A DNA stretch of 64,000 nucleotides from Bacteroidales bacterium (GCA_041663505.1 JBAYMP010000001.1:30400-94399), one strand, 5' to 3'. Positions 50,953-60,748 are shown, numbered from the stretch's first letter. Numbers and translations: made by a program. The notes: generated by a model from the letters alone, not told the origin.

Positions 50953-52350
50953 TTATTTCAGTGTATCTATCATATCTCCCGGGACAACCCATTCATCAAA
51001 CTGTTGTTCTGTCAAAAGTCCTGACTCTAAGGCTGCTTTTTTCAAAGTCGAATTATCGGTATATGCCTTTTTGGCAATTCTTGCAGCATTTTCATACCCT
51101 ATATGAGGGTTTAATGCCGTCACCAACATCAATGAATTATATAGATTTTCTTTAATCCGTTCCAGATTGGGTTCGATTCCAATAACACAATTATCGTTGA
51201 ACGCTTTACAGGCATCTGCAATAAGCGTAGCCGACTGCAAAAGGGCACTTATCATTACCGGTTTAAAAGTGTTAAGTTCGAAATGGCCATTTGAACCTGC
51301 AAATGAAATAGTTGTATCATTGCCCATAATTTGTGCACAAACCATAGTCAAAGCCTCTGTCTGGGTCGGATTTACTTTGCCTGGCATAATTGATGAACCC
51401 GGTTCATTAGAAGGAATTGTTATCTCTCCGATTCCCGACCGGGGACCCGAAGCCGACAATCTAATATCGTTTGCTATTTTCATTAAACTAACTGCCAACT
51501 GCTTAATTGCACCATGAGTTTCTACAATGGCATCATTCGCTGCCAGCGATTCGAATTTGTTTCCGGCAGAAGTAAAAGGCAGTGTTGTCAATTGTGAAAT
51601 GGCAACTGCAACCTCCTGTGCATAACCTTGGGGAGTGTTCAACCCGGTTCCGACTGCACTTCCTCCCATGGCTAACTCTGAAAGATGCGGTAAAGTATTT
51701 TTCAATGCTTTTATTCCGTGTTTCAGTTGCGATACATATCCTGAAAATTCCTGCCCGAGCGAAATAGGAGTTGCATCCATTAAATGTGTACGACCAATCT
51801 TAACAATTCCAGCCATTGCTGCCGACTTGTCTGCAAATGTCTTTGTTAACTTTTCAATTTCAGGGATAGTATATTTCACAATCTTTTGGTAAGCAGCAAT
51901 ATGCATAGCTGTGGGAAAAGTATCGTTGGACGATTGGGACTTGTTTACATCGTCGTTCGGATGGATATACCGGTCTCCTTCACCTAATTTGTTACCTGAC
52001 AACACGTGGGCACGATTTGCAATAACTTCATTACAATTCATATTGGTATGAGTTCCCGAACCCGTTTGCCATATAACCAGAGGAAACTGGTCGTCAAGTT
52101 TGCCTGCAATAATTTCATCGCATACCTGTGAAATAATTTCCATTTTATCTGCAGGTAATAACCCAAACTTATTGTTTGTAATAGCCGCAGCCTTTTTCAA
52201 ATAACCAAATGAATGAATAATTTCAATTGGCATAGATGCTGCCGGTCCAATAGGAAAATTAAGTAACGACCGTTGAGTTTGCGCCCCCCAATATTTATCG
52301 GCAGGTACTTGTACTTCTCCCATTGTGTCTTTTTCTGTTCTATAATTCAT
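50953..52350 (-). CDS. fumC: Class II fumarate hydratase
   Basis: [13 protein letters not shown] signature; 465 aa. Confidence 0.95.
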   Translation of the reverse strand: MNYRTEKDTMGEVQVPADKYWGAQTQRSLLNFPIGPAASMPIEIIHSFGYLKKAAAITNNKFGLLPADKMEIISQVCDEIIAGKLDDQFPLVIWQTGSGTHTNMNCNEVIANRAHVLSGNKLGEGDRYIHPNDDVNKSQSSNDTFPTAMHIAAYQKIVKYTIPEIEKLTKTFADKSAAMAGIVKIGRTHLMDATPISLGQEFSGYVSQLKHGIKALKNTLPHLSELAMGGSAVGTGLNTPQGYAQEVAVAISQLTTLPFTSAGNKFESLAANDAIVETHGAIKQLAVSLMKIANDIRLSASGPRSGIGEITIPSNEPGSSIMPGKVNPTQTEALTMVCAQIMGNDTTISFAGSNGHFELNTFKPVMISALLQSATLIADACKAFNDNCVIGIEPNLERIKENLYNSLMLVTALNPHIGYENAARIAKKAYTDNSTLKKAALESGLLTEQQFDEWVVPGDMIDTLK

Positions 52351-52392
52351 GTCTGTTTAAGGTTCAATAGTATTTGAGTTGGCAAGATAAAT

Positions 52393-52782
52393 TTAATTAT
52401 TGGCTTGTACTGTACTAATTATTACTTGAGTAAAGTTTTCAATTCGGAAAAATGTTGGATCTTGCATTGTTGTAGGAGGACAATCGAATTGTTTCAATTC
52501 ACCATTTTTGGCATTTCTAAAACAAAAAGAAACTGAACCACCATTAATAAAGTTAATACCATATTCTAATTGAGTTGTATCTAAATTACAAACCGAAGAA
52601 GGTATATTGAATGTTAATAAAGAATCTTTATTATTTGTGATAATGAATAAACCCAATATTGTTTTAGAGTCGGTTTTCTTGTCAAAACATTTTAAATAAC
52701 CTACTATTTCACCTTTAATCTCACGATTAGCAGGTTCACCTTGCTTATAACATGCAAAAAGCAAGATTGTGCTAAAAAGCAA
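52393..52782 (-). CDS. Hypothetical small Cys-containing lipoprotein (start codon uncertain)
   Basis: Lipobox-like LLFAC. The only available start is TTG at 52782. About 28% GC. Confidence 0.4.
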   Translation of the reverse strand: MLFSTILLFACYKQGEPANREIKGEIVGYLKCFDKKTDSKTILGLFIITNNKDSLLTFNIPSSVCNLDTTQLEYGINFINGGSVSFCFRNAKNGELKQFDCPPTTMQDPTFFRIENFTQVIISTVQANN

Positions 52783-52818
52783 TATGTATTTTTTCGTTTT
52801 TTATATGTTGATTTAATT

Positions 52819-53772
52819 TTACTTCCATTCGCTTGCTTTATTTAGTATTTCAATAGCATCATTACTCAATTCGAGTCGGGCGGCATTTATCAGAGAATCC
52901 AACTGCTCAAGGGTTGTGGCACTTGCTATTGGGGCGGTAACTGAAGGACGCGCAATCAACCATGCAATGGCAACGCTTGCGGGAGTTGTATGGTATTGTG
53001 CCGATACTTCGCCCAATGCTTTCAAAATAGTAAAACCTCTTTCATTGAGATATTTTTTAATGCCTCCACCCCGTACGCTTTTGCCTAAATCGGCTTCACT
53101 TCTGTATTTGCCTGTAAGAAAACCGCTGGCTAAGGAATAGTAACTGATTACACCCACGTTACTGTCAAGGCAAATTTGTTCAAGATTCTTCTCAAAATTT
53201 TCCCGGTCGTATAAATTGTATTGTGGTTGCAATGTCTGGTAAGAGGGGTATCCCAATTTTTTGCTTGCTTCTAACGAAGCGATTAGTCGTTCAGGGGAAA
53301 AGTTGGAAGCGCCTATCCACCTTATTTTGCCTTCTTCTACCAATTGATCATAGGCTTCCAGTGTTTCCTCCACCGGTGTTTTTTCCATATCCACATGAGT
53401 TTGGTACAAATCAATGTAATCTGTCTGTAAACGTTTTAATGAATTCTCAACAGCTCTCAAAATGTATTTTTTGGAAATATCGTTTTGCCCCTGACCCAAA
53501 TCGCTACCTACTTTTGTGGCAATGACAACTTTGTCGCGATTGTTGCGTGCTTTCATCCATTTGCCGATAATCGTTTCCGATTCACCACCTTTGTTTCCAG
53601 GTGCCCAAGCACTATAAACATCAGCGGTATCAATAAAATTGAATCCTGATGTAATAAATCTATCCAGCAGTTCAAATGCAGTTTTCTCGTTAACTGTCCA
53701 ACCAAATATATTTCCCCCAAAACATAAAGGAGCAACATCCATATCTGAATTGGCTAATCTTCTCTTTTTCAT
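52819..53772 (-). CDS. Aldo/keto reductase
   Basis: 317 aa with FIDTADVY and the AKR (alpha/beta)8 pattern. Confidence 0.85.
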   Translation of the reverse strand: MKKRRLANSDMDVAPLCFGGNIFGWTVNEKTAFELLDRFITSGFNFIDTADVYSAWAPGNKGGESETIIGKWMKARNNRDKVVIATKVGSDLGQGQNDISKKYILRAVENSLKRLQTDYIDLYQTHVDMEKTPVEETLEAYDQLVEEGKIRWIGASNFSPERLIASLEASKKLGYPSYQTLQPQYNLYDRENFEKNLEQICLDSNVGVISYYSLASGFLTGKYRSEADLGKSVRGGGIKKYLNERGFTILKALGEVSAQYHTTPASVAIAWLIARPSVTAPIASATTLEQLDSLINAARLELSNDAIEILNKASEWK

Positions 53773-53785
53773 TATTTCTCTTTTT

Positions 53786-53835
53786 AATTTATTGTCAGAG
53801 TGCTATGATCTATTTTTAAAATCATGTTGTATCGT
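53786..53835 (-). repeat. Intergenic repeat copy 1 (plus strand AATTTATTGTCAGAGTGCTATGATCTATTTTTAAAATCATGTTGTATCGT)
   Basis: It shares the blocks AATTTATT / CAGAGTGCTATGA / TTTTTAAA / TGTAT with 55472-55517. Confidence 0.75.
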
Positions 53836-54879
53836 TTATTGTATGTTTTTATAATTTTTTGCTTGCAACAATTGTTGGTCCTGACTTCCAATAAATGTTG
53901 CCGGGTACTTTGGTGTAAGTTTCGTTAATTCATCAATAACCACAATCTCTTCTGTAGATAGTTTCAATTCAGCACCGGCCAAATTTCCTTCTAATTGTTC
54001 GATTTTACTGACACCAATAATAACAGTTGAAACTACTTTTTTAGAAAGCAACCAGGCAATAGAAACAGCCGTTGGTGTATCATTGTGGTTATTAGCTATT
54101 TCGGTTATTTTATCCACAACCTGATAACCAAATTCTCTGTCGAAAAGGCCCAAATCAGATGAATTTAATCTTGCTCCTTCCGGTTGCGGGTTTTGTCGTG
54201 TGTATTTACCAGTCAAAAATCCACTACTCAAAGGCGACCACACCATCATTCCAATTCCGTGGTATAAAGTCATTGGAATAAATTCTCTTTCTACTTCTCT
54301 GTTCAAAATTGAATAATGCATTTGTGAAGCCACAAATGGATGATAGTTTAAATCTTTCTGCTTTTGTATCATTGTTCCTGCCTTCCATGCCTGATAATTT
54401 GAAAATCCGATGTAACGGACCATTCCACGCTGAATTAAGTACTCCATTGTTTTTAATGTTTCGTCAATTGGTGTAATCGGATCATCGTTGTGCAAAAGCA
54501 GAACGTCAATATAATCTGTGTTCAGGTTTTTCAAACTATTCTGGCATTGTTCTATGAGATGTTTTGCATTTATTCCTGCGTTAAATGCTTGTTGTCCTGA
54601 CCTGAAACAAATTTTGGTCGAAACTAAAACATCCTTACGTTTATTGCCCAAAGCCATTCCTAAAATTTTCTCACTTTGCCCGTTCCCATACCCATCTGCA
54701 GTATCATAAAAATTAATACCCGTTTCAATGGACTTGTAGACAAGTTCGGTTGCTTTTTTTCGATCAAAGGTAAATTTCATACCGAAATGGTCACCTTCTC
54801 CTGATTCTCCGAAGGTCATTGTTCCCAAAGCTAATTCAGATACGATAAGTCCTGAATTTCCGAGTTGTCTGTACTTCAT
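53836..54879 (-). CDS. Aldo/keto reductase
   Basis: MKYRQLGNSGLIVSELALGTMTFG, FYDTADGYGNGQSE. The start was set at Met13 of the ORF. Confidence 0.85.
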   Translation of the reverse strand: MKYRQLGNSGLIVSELALGTMTFGESGEGDHFGMKFTFDRKKATELVYKSIETGINFYDTADGYGNGQSEKILGMALGNKRKDVLVSTKICFRSGQQAFNAGINAKHLIEQCQNSLKNLNTDYIDVLLLHNDDPITPIDETLKTMEYLIQRGMVRYIGFSNYQAWKAGTMIQKQKDLNYHPFVASQMHYSILNREVEREFIPMTLYHGIGMMVWSPLSSGFLTGKYTRQNPQPEGARLNSSDLGLFDREFGYQVVDKITEIANNHNDTPTAVSIAWLLSKKVVSTVIIGVSKIEQLEGNLAGAELKLSTEEIVVIDELTKLTPKYPATFIGSQDQQLLQAKNYKNIQ

Positions 54880-54881
54880 TA

Positions 54882-55439
54882 CTATTTTCTCAAAGGTTTT
54901 AAAGCTATACCCCACGCTATTACCTGGTCTATTACTGTATTTAAGATTGCTTCATGGTGAGGAGCAGGTTTGAATACACTATAATTTTCAAAGTCGGTAA
55001 ATAGTGAAAGGGCAACCTGTGCACGAACATCAGCTACCTGAAGTTCTCCCATAATAAGACGTAATTGCTCAACGGCACGCACACCACCTGCTGAACCATA
55101 GCTAACAAAACCTGCTGCTTTATTATTCCATTCTACATAAAGATAATCAATTGCATTTTTGAGAGCTCCGGTAGCTGCATGATTATATTCCGGAGTTACA
55201 AAAATAAAGGCATCAAAAGATTTAATTTTTTCAGACCACAATTTTGTATGCGGGTGCATATATTGTTGCATTGATGCAGGCACAGGTTCGTCTAATAAGG
55301 GCAGATCATAGTCTTTAATGTCAACAAGTTCAAATTTTGCATCGCTTCGTTTTTGAGCGATTTCATTAACCCAGAAAGCAACGGCTTCACAGTTCCTTCC
55401 GGGTCTCGTACTTCCAATGATGATGGCAATCTTAATCAT
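54882..55439 (-). CDS. NADPH-dependent FMN reductase family protein
   Basis: IAIIIGSTRPGR and FVTPEYNHAATGALKNAIDY. Confidence 0.85.
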   Translation of the reverse strand: MIKIAIIIGSTRPGRNCEAVAFWVNEIAQKRSDAKFELVDIKDYDLPLLDEPVPASMQQYMHPHTKLWSEKIKSFDAFIFVTPEYNHAATGALKNAIDYLYVEWNNKAAGFVSYGSAGGVRAVEQLRLIMGELQVADVRAQVALSLFTDFENYSVFKPAPHHEAILNTVIDQVIAWGIALKPLRK

Positions 55440-55471
55440 AATAATATCTTTTTATTGTTTATGTTTTTTTC

Positions 55472-55517
55472 AATTTATTACCAGAGTGCTATGAGTTTTT
55501 AAAGTATTTCTGTATTG
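55472..55517 (-). repeat. Intergenic repeat copy 2 (plus strand AATTTATTACCAGAGTGCTATGAGTTTTTAAAGTATTTCTGTATTG)
   Basis: See copy 1. It fills the spacer between the NmrA-like gene stop and the FMN reductase start. Confidence 0.75.
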
Positions 55518-56174
55518 TTAATAAGCTGCTGTAAAACGCTGGCGGATGTGCTTTGGATTTTCTGCTTCATCCACAATAACCACAGCAAGGTCTTCTACGG
55601 AAAGGACGCTTCTATTATTGGCATCAAATACAGGGTTTTCCAAACCGGTTCTATATGTGCCTTTTCTTTCGCCTGATGAACCTTGGTGCATTTCGATTGC
55701 AGGGCTAAAAAAAGTCCAGTCCAGATCTTTCTCTTCTCTTAGTATATTCAAGTAATCCCGTGCTGCCGAAGCCCCTGGTTTTATCTCTTCCGGGAATTGC
55801 TGTGTGTCTATTAATTGAACACCTTCAGCAACATATAAGCTTCCTGCGCCGCCTATTACAATAAGACGTTTAACGCCCGATTTCTTTACGCCTGCCTGGA
55901 TAGCTTTTGAACCCTCCAAAAACTCATTGTACAGATTTGGATTGGCCCATCCTGCATTGTAAGCACTTACAACAACGTCATTATCTTTTACTGCTTCGGC
56001 CACGTCGTTTTCATTTAAAACATTGGCTTTAACAACAGTCACCTGCTCCGCCTGTTTTATTTTTTCAGGGTGGCGCACTATGGCGGTTACTTTATGCTTT
56101 CGTTGTAACAATTCATTTAGAATTGCTGTACCTACGAATCCTGATGCTCCTATTAATGCTACTTTCATTTTCAA
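55518..56174 (-). CDS. NAD(P)H-binding NmrA/YwnB-like atypical SDR (flavin reductase-like)
   Basis: VALIGASGFVGTAI Rossmann motif; about 215 aa. Confidence 0.8.
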   Translation of the reverse strand: MKMKVALIGASGFVGTAILNELLQRKHKVTAIVRHPEKIKQAEQVTVVKANVLNENDVAEAVKDNDVVVSAYNAGWANPNLYNEFLEGSKAIQAGVKKSGVKRLIVIGGAGSLYVAEGVQLIDTQQFPEEIKPGASAARDYLNILREEKDLDWTFFSPAIEMHQGSSGERKGTYRTGLENPVFDANNRSVLSVEDLAVVIVDEAENPKHIRQRFTAAY

Positions 56175-56185
56175 GTTTTATCCTA

Positions 56186-57172
56186 TTATTTGTTCACATA
56201 TGTCATATTTTGCCCGGAGTAACGAGTACCGGAGGCAGCACCGGCAGGTATCGCATTGTTAAGTTGCGTTATCTCTTCCCTGGTTAGGGTTATGTCCACT
56301 GCTTTGACATTCTCTTCAAGATATGTCCTGCGTTTTGTACCAGGTATAGGCACTACGTCTTCACCCTGAGCAAGTACCCATGCAAGAGCTATTTGAGCCA
56401 GAGTACAGCTTTTTACCTTTGATAGTTCATCCAGCTTGCTAAGGAGGTTCAAATTATTTTTGAAATTTTCTCCCTGGAAACGAGGAAGACCTTTACGGAA
56501 GTCCTCTTCTTTCATATCTTCATCTTTCCTGAATTTTCCGGTAAGGAAACCTCGTCCAAGAGGACTATAAGGAACAAACCCAATTTCCAGCTCACGACAA
56601 GTTGCGAGTATTTCCTTTTCTACGTCACGCGTCCATAAGGAATACTCTGTTTGCAGTGCTGTGATCTTATGAATTTTATCAGCACGTCGTATCGTATCAG
56701 CACTTGCTTCAGAAAGTCCGATATAGCGTACTTTGCCTTCTTTTACAAGTTTTGCCATTGCTTCGATAGTCTCTTCAATCGGAGTATCCGGGTCAACCCT
56801 ATGCTGGTAGTAAAGGTCTATTACATCTACATTAAGCCTTTTCAGACTGGCCTCGCAGGCAGAACGAACATATTCCGGTTTGCCATTCACTCCTAAAAAC
56901 TCCCCTTTAGAACCTCTCAAATTTCCGAATTTTGTTGCGAGAAATACCTTATTTCTTTTTCCTTTCAGAGCTTTGGCGACAAGCTCCTCATTTTTGCCAA
57001 CACCGTACATATCGGCAGTGTCAAGAAAATTGATGCCAAGCTCTATCGCACGATGGATAGTAGCAATAGATTCAATGTCATCGCCTTTCCCATAAAATTC
57101 TGACATACCCATGCAGCCCAGACCGATTGCGGATACTGTGGGGCCATTCTTACCTAAAGTTTTGTTTTTCAT
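56186..57172 (-). CDS. Aldo/keto reductase
   Basis: [33 protein letters not shown]. The ATGA start/stop overlap with the upstream gene suggests translational coupling. Confidence 0.85.
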   Translation of the reverse strand: MKNKTLGKNGPTVSAIGLGCMGMSEFYGKGDDIESIATIHRAIELGINFLDTADMYGVGKNEELVAKALKGKRNKVFLATKFGNLRGSKGEFLGVNGKPEYVRSACEASLKRLNVDVIDLYYQHRVDPDTPIEETIEAMAKLVKEGKVRYIGLSEASADTIRRADKIHKITALQTEYSLWTRDVEKEILATCRELEIGFVPYSPLGRGFLTGKFRKDEDMKEEDFRKGLPRFQGENFKNNLNLLSKLDELSKVKSCTLAQIALAWVLAQGEDVVPIPGTKRRTYLEENVKAVDITLTREEITQLNNAIPAGAASGTRYSGQNMTYVNK

Positions 57173-58230
57173 ATTACAATCAATTTTACTTCTACATTGC
57201 CACGGGTGGCATTGGAATATGGACATACCTGGTGCGCTTTGTTTGCCAGTTCTTCGGCTACACTATGTTCAACGCCCGGTACTTTTATTTTCAGCGTTAT
57301 TTCTAAGCCATAGCCTCCTTTCTCATTTTTGCCCAGACTTACCTCTGCTGTTACAGACGTAGTGCCTGCTTTTATTTTTTCTGCCCTTATGATATTGAGC
57401 AGGGCGTTGTCAAAACAGGCAGCATATCCACCGGCAAACAGGATTTCAGGATTCAGGTAATCACCCTTCGGGCCGCCAAGCGATTGTGGTGCCCTTACCT
57501 GTATGTCGAGTACGCCGTTATCTGATTTTACATGTCCGTTACGTCCGCCTGTTGCGGTGGCTATTGCCGTATACATTTTTTCCATTCGAAGGTTATTTCC
57601 GAAAATTTCTTCCACACGGTTGCGTTTCTGATACATGTCCCAATAAAGAGCAGCAATTTGATCGGCAATATCCGGTGTAATCTGGCAGCAAACAGTTACA
57701 GTCCCGCTATAAATTCCTTTCTCCGCTAATTCTTCGTTCAATATATAAGTGTAATTGCGCAAAGCGGCAGCCATAAGACTTAAAGAACCAATCATTGGCA
57801 TAGGAGTGATAGACGACCTGCCGCCCGTCAGCAGAATCGCCCCATTTTTATTTTTAATCATATCCGGCAGTACTTGTTGAACGCTTGCTATCGCACCAAG
57901 AACTTGAAATTCGAATGTCCTTTTAGCAATAGCAGTCGTTACTTGCGACGGAGGTATAAATTCCATATTTATCGGGCTGTATTCCAGCACATCAACCGAT
58001 CCGTATTCGGTGCTTACCGACAAAAGGGCATTAATGATTGACTGTTCGTCCATAACATCTGCCACAAACCCTTTTGATTCAATTCCAAGTGATTTAAGAG
58101 AAGCAACCATTTTACCCAATGATTCTTTGCGTCGGGCTATCAACGCTACCCGGAAACCATTCCTGCCAAATGTTTTCGCAACAGAAAGGCCGAGTCCCGG
58201 ACCCGCACCAATAATAGCTATTGTTTTCAT
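57169..58230 (-). CDS. In-frame fusion of an SDR-like NAD(P)-binding domain (about 215 aa) and an Ohr/OsmC organic hydroperoxide resistance domain (about 139 aa)
   Basis: The N-terminus has [13 protein letters not shown]. The C-terminus from [17 protein letters not shown] has Ohr hallmarks: R (GGRNG), E (NPEILFA), Cys (YAACF) and Cys (HQVCPYS). There is no stop codon between the two parts. Confidence 0.75.
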   Translation of the reverse strand: MKTIAIIGAGPGLGLSVAKTFGRNGFRVALIARRKESLGKMVASLKSLGIESKGFVADVMDEQSIINALLSVSTEYGSVDVLEYSPINMEFIPPSQVTTAIAKRTFEFQVLGAIASVQQVLPDMIKNKNGAILLTGGRSSITPMPMIGSLSLMAAALRNYTYILNEELAEKGIYSGTVTVCCQITPDIADQIAALYWDMYQKRNRVEEIFGNNLRMEKMYTAIATATGGRNGHVKSDNGVLDIQVRAPQSLGGPKGDYLNPEILFAGGYAACFDNALLNIIRAEKIKAGTTSVTAEVSLGKNEKGGYGLEITLKIKVPGVEHSVAEELANKAHQVCPYSNATRGNVEVKLIVI

Positions 58231-58253
58231 ACGTAGATATTTTATAATTTTTA

Positions 58254-59267
58254 TTAATTTAAAATCCGGTCTTGCTGCATAGAATCAACCGCCCAACTGG
58301 GATATTCCGGTGTAAGTTTGCTTACTTCATTTAATTTTTTCAGCTCATCTTCCGTAAAATATATTTCGATTGATTTTAGATTGTCCTGCAATTGTTTTTC
58401 ATTTTTAACTCCGAGTATTACACTGGTAACTACCTTTTGATGCAGTAACCATGCTAAGGCAACCTGAGCAACTGAAGCATTATGCGCTTTACTTACTTCA
58501 TCCATTATGTCAATAATATCAAAAGTTTTTTCTTTGTTGATTGGGGGGAAATCAAATTCTTTTCTTCTTGATTCTTCTTCCGGTATTTGGTTTCTTCTGT
58601 ATTTACCGGATAAAAATCCACCGGCAAGCGGACTCCAAACCATCAAACCCAGATTTTGATCGTTAAGCAATGGAACAATTTCTCTTTCCAATTCCCTTCC
58701 GGCAATTGAATAATAAGCTTGCAAAGATTTGAATTTATTGAAACCATTTTTATCGGATATCCACAAACTCTTCATCAATTGCCAGGCTGTTAAATTGGAA
58801 CAACCGATATACCTGACCTTTCCGCTGTGAACTAAGTCATCCAAAGCGCGTAATGTCTCTTCAAGCGGGGTAAGTATATCGAAACCATGGATTTGATAGA
58901 GGTCAATATAATCTGTCCCAAGTCTTTTCAAACTCTCATTAACCTGATTCATAATATGCACGCGCGATAAACCTGTCTGGTTTACTCCTTCGCCCATTTT
59001 GCCCCTGACTTTTGTCGCTAAGATTATGTCTTTTCTTTTTGTGCCTAAAGACCTTCCCAGTATCTGCTCGGAAATTCCGGTCGAATAAATATTGGCGGTA
59101 TCAAAAAAATTGATTCCCGCATCGAGGGCTAAGCCAACCATCTGATCGGCTTCTTCTTGTTGAGTTTTACCAACCGGGGTCCACGTACCGGTACCGCCAA
59201 AAGTCATAGTGCCGAAACATAATTCTGACACTAATATTCCAGTGTCTCCTAAAATTCGATATTTCAT
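58254..59267 (-). CDS. Aldo/keto reductase
   Basis: MKYRILGDTGILVSELCFGTMTFGG, FFDTANIYS. The start was set at Met19 of the ORF. Confidence 0.85.
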   Translation of the reverse strand: MKYRILGDTGILVSELCFGTMTFGGTGTWTPVGKTQQEEADQMVGLALDAGINFFDTANIYSTGISEQILGRSLGTKRKDIILATKVRGKMGEGVNQTGLSRVHIMNQVNESLKRLGTDYIDLYQIHGFDILTPLEETLRALDDLVHSGKVRYIGCSNLTAWQLMKSLWISDKNGFNKFKSLQAYYSIAGRELEREIVPLLNDQNLGLMVWSPLAGGFLSGKYRRNQIPEEESRRKEFDFPPINKEKTFDIIDIMDEVSKAHNASVAQVALAWLLHQKVVTSVILGVKNEKQLQDNLKSIEIYFTEDELKKLNEVSKLTPEYPSWAVDSMQQDRILN

Positions 59268-59305
59268 ATTTAAAAAGTATTTGTGTGAATATACTGTTAT
59301 AATCG

Positions 59306-60085
59306 TTACATTGCTGTCCATCCTCCGTCGGCTGTGACAACAGCACCATTGACGAAACTTGAGTCACTTGAGGCAAGAAATAGGGCTACCTGAGCAATTT
59401 CTTCAGGTTCGGCAGTTCTTGGATTAGTTAATGCTTGTGCCGGAAGAATAACATTTTTGACTAAGTCTGATACATTGTCTGTCGTAAACCCACTTGTATG
59501 CGCAATATTGGTATTAACAGCACCCGGAGCTATAGCGTTGCAGCGGATGCCCCTCTTAGCATACATAAAACCGGTATTTTGAGTTAAACCTATCAATGCA
59601 TGTTTGCTTGCTGTATAAGCTGCACCCGCTACAGCCCCTGCAAAACCGGCTATTGATGCGTTATTGACAATTACTCCCCCTTTACCACTGTTTAACATGA
59701 TCTGAATAGCTTTACGTGTAGTTTTAAACGGGCCATTAATATTTATATTCATAGTACGCTCCCACATTTCAACAGACATTTCTCCTGCCCCATTAAAATC
59801 ATCCATTACACCAGCATTATTAACCAACACATCTACTGTTCCATATATATCAAGAGCCAACTTGAACATTTTTTCAATATCTTCTTCTTTTGCCACATTT
59901 GCCAAAACTGTTGTTATCTGGCCTCCTGCTTGTTTAATTTCTTTTTCCAGATTGTCTAAAGAGGATTGATTGATATCAGAACCAACCACTAAACTGCCAT
60001 GTTCGGCAAATAATATAGCAATTGCTTTCCCCATACCGGAACCTGCACCGGTAATAATAGAAACTTTATTTTCTAACTTTTTCAT
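59306..60085 (-). CDS. Classical short-chain dehydrogenase/reductase (FabG-like)
   Basis: TGAGSGMGKA, NNAG, and YTASKHAL (YxxxK). Confidence 0.9.
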   Translation of the reverse strand: MKKLENKVSIITGAGSGMGKAIAILFAEHGSLVVGSDINQSSLDNLEKEIKQAGGQITTVLANVAKEEDIEKMFKLALDIYGTVDVLVNNAGVMDDFNGAGEMSVEMWERTMNININGPFKTTRKAIQIMLNSGKGGVIVNNASIAGFAGAVAGAAYTASKHALIGLTQNTGFMYAKRGIRCNAIAPGAVNTNIAHTSGFTTDNVSDLVKNVILPAQALTNPRTAEPEEIAQVALFLASSDSSFVNGAVVTADGGWTAM

Positions 60086-60632
60086 TGCAATTCATAACCC
60101 ATTTTGCGAATGCATCCAGAAAAATCCGTAAAAATCCCGATGTTGACTCATTTACAAGATTTCCGCTGTCGTCAAACAAATTTGCTACACCTCCGATATA
60201 AACTTCGGGCTGTGGCATAACAGGAACATTTATAACCATAAGCGATTGTCTCAAGTGATGATTTGCACCGAATCCACCTAAAGCTCCTGGTGAAATACTT
60301 ACAATGGCGCCTGGTTTTCCATCCCATGAATTTTCACCATAAGGTCGGGATCCTACATCGATTGCATTTTTAAGTACCGCCGGAACTGAACGATTGTACT
60401 CAGGCGTAACGAAAAGAAGACCGTCAAAGTCCTTCAGTAGACTACGAAACCCCAACCATTCGGCAGGTGGTGTTTCTTCGAGATCCTGGTTGTACATCTG
60501 AAGTCCTCCTATCTCAACGATTTCAAGTGTAAGTGATTCGGGTGCAAGCATTATTAGTGCTTTTGCCATCTTTCGGCTAAATGATTCCTTTCTAAGGCTT
60601 CCTATAATAACTGCGATTTTTTTAGATTTCAT
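60066..60632 (-). CDS. NADPH-dependent FMN reductase (ChrR/YieF-like quinone reductase)
   Basis: IAVIIGSLRKESFSR and FVTPEYNRSVPAVLKNAID. Confidence 0.85.
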   Translation of the reverse strand: MKSKKIAVIIGSLRKESFSRKMAKALIMLAPESLTLEIVEIGGLQMYNQDLEETPPAEWLGFRSLLKDFDGLLFVTPEYNRSVPAVLKNAIDVGSRPYGENSWDGKPGAIVSISPGALGGFGANHHLRQSLMVINVPVMPQPEVYIGGVANLFDDSGNLVNESTSGFLRIFLDAFAKWVMNCNEKVRK

Positions 60633-60748
60633 TTTTTCTCTTAATTAATTGTAATTATCAGAACTCATAACAACTATTATAACAAAAATGTTGTTTCACA
60701 GTTCATTTTAATAACTGAAATAAAGTTTCTCTTGTAACTAATATTTAC

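Noticed and set aside
52819-60632. Whether the four aldo/keto reductase genes are a recent tandem amplification
   Set aside because: The protein sequences are strongly diverged (different N-termini and lengths of 317-347 aa) and are interleaved with unrelated genes. They are paralogues from different AKR subfamilies, not amplification products.
60669-60695. Inverted repeat AACAAC-N15-GTTGTT in the spacer between the FMN reductase gene and tetR, considered as a second operator for the redox array
   Set aside because: The arms are only 6 bp in very AT-rich DNA, there is no second copy, and no adjacent CAAAnnTA (minus-strand promoter) box. This is too weak to call.
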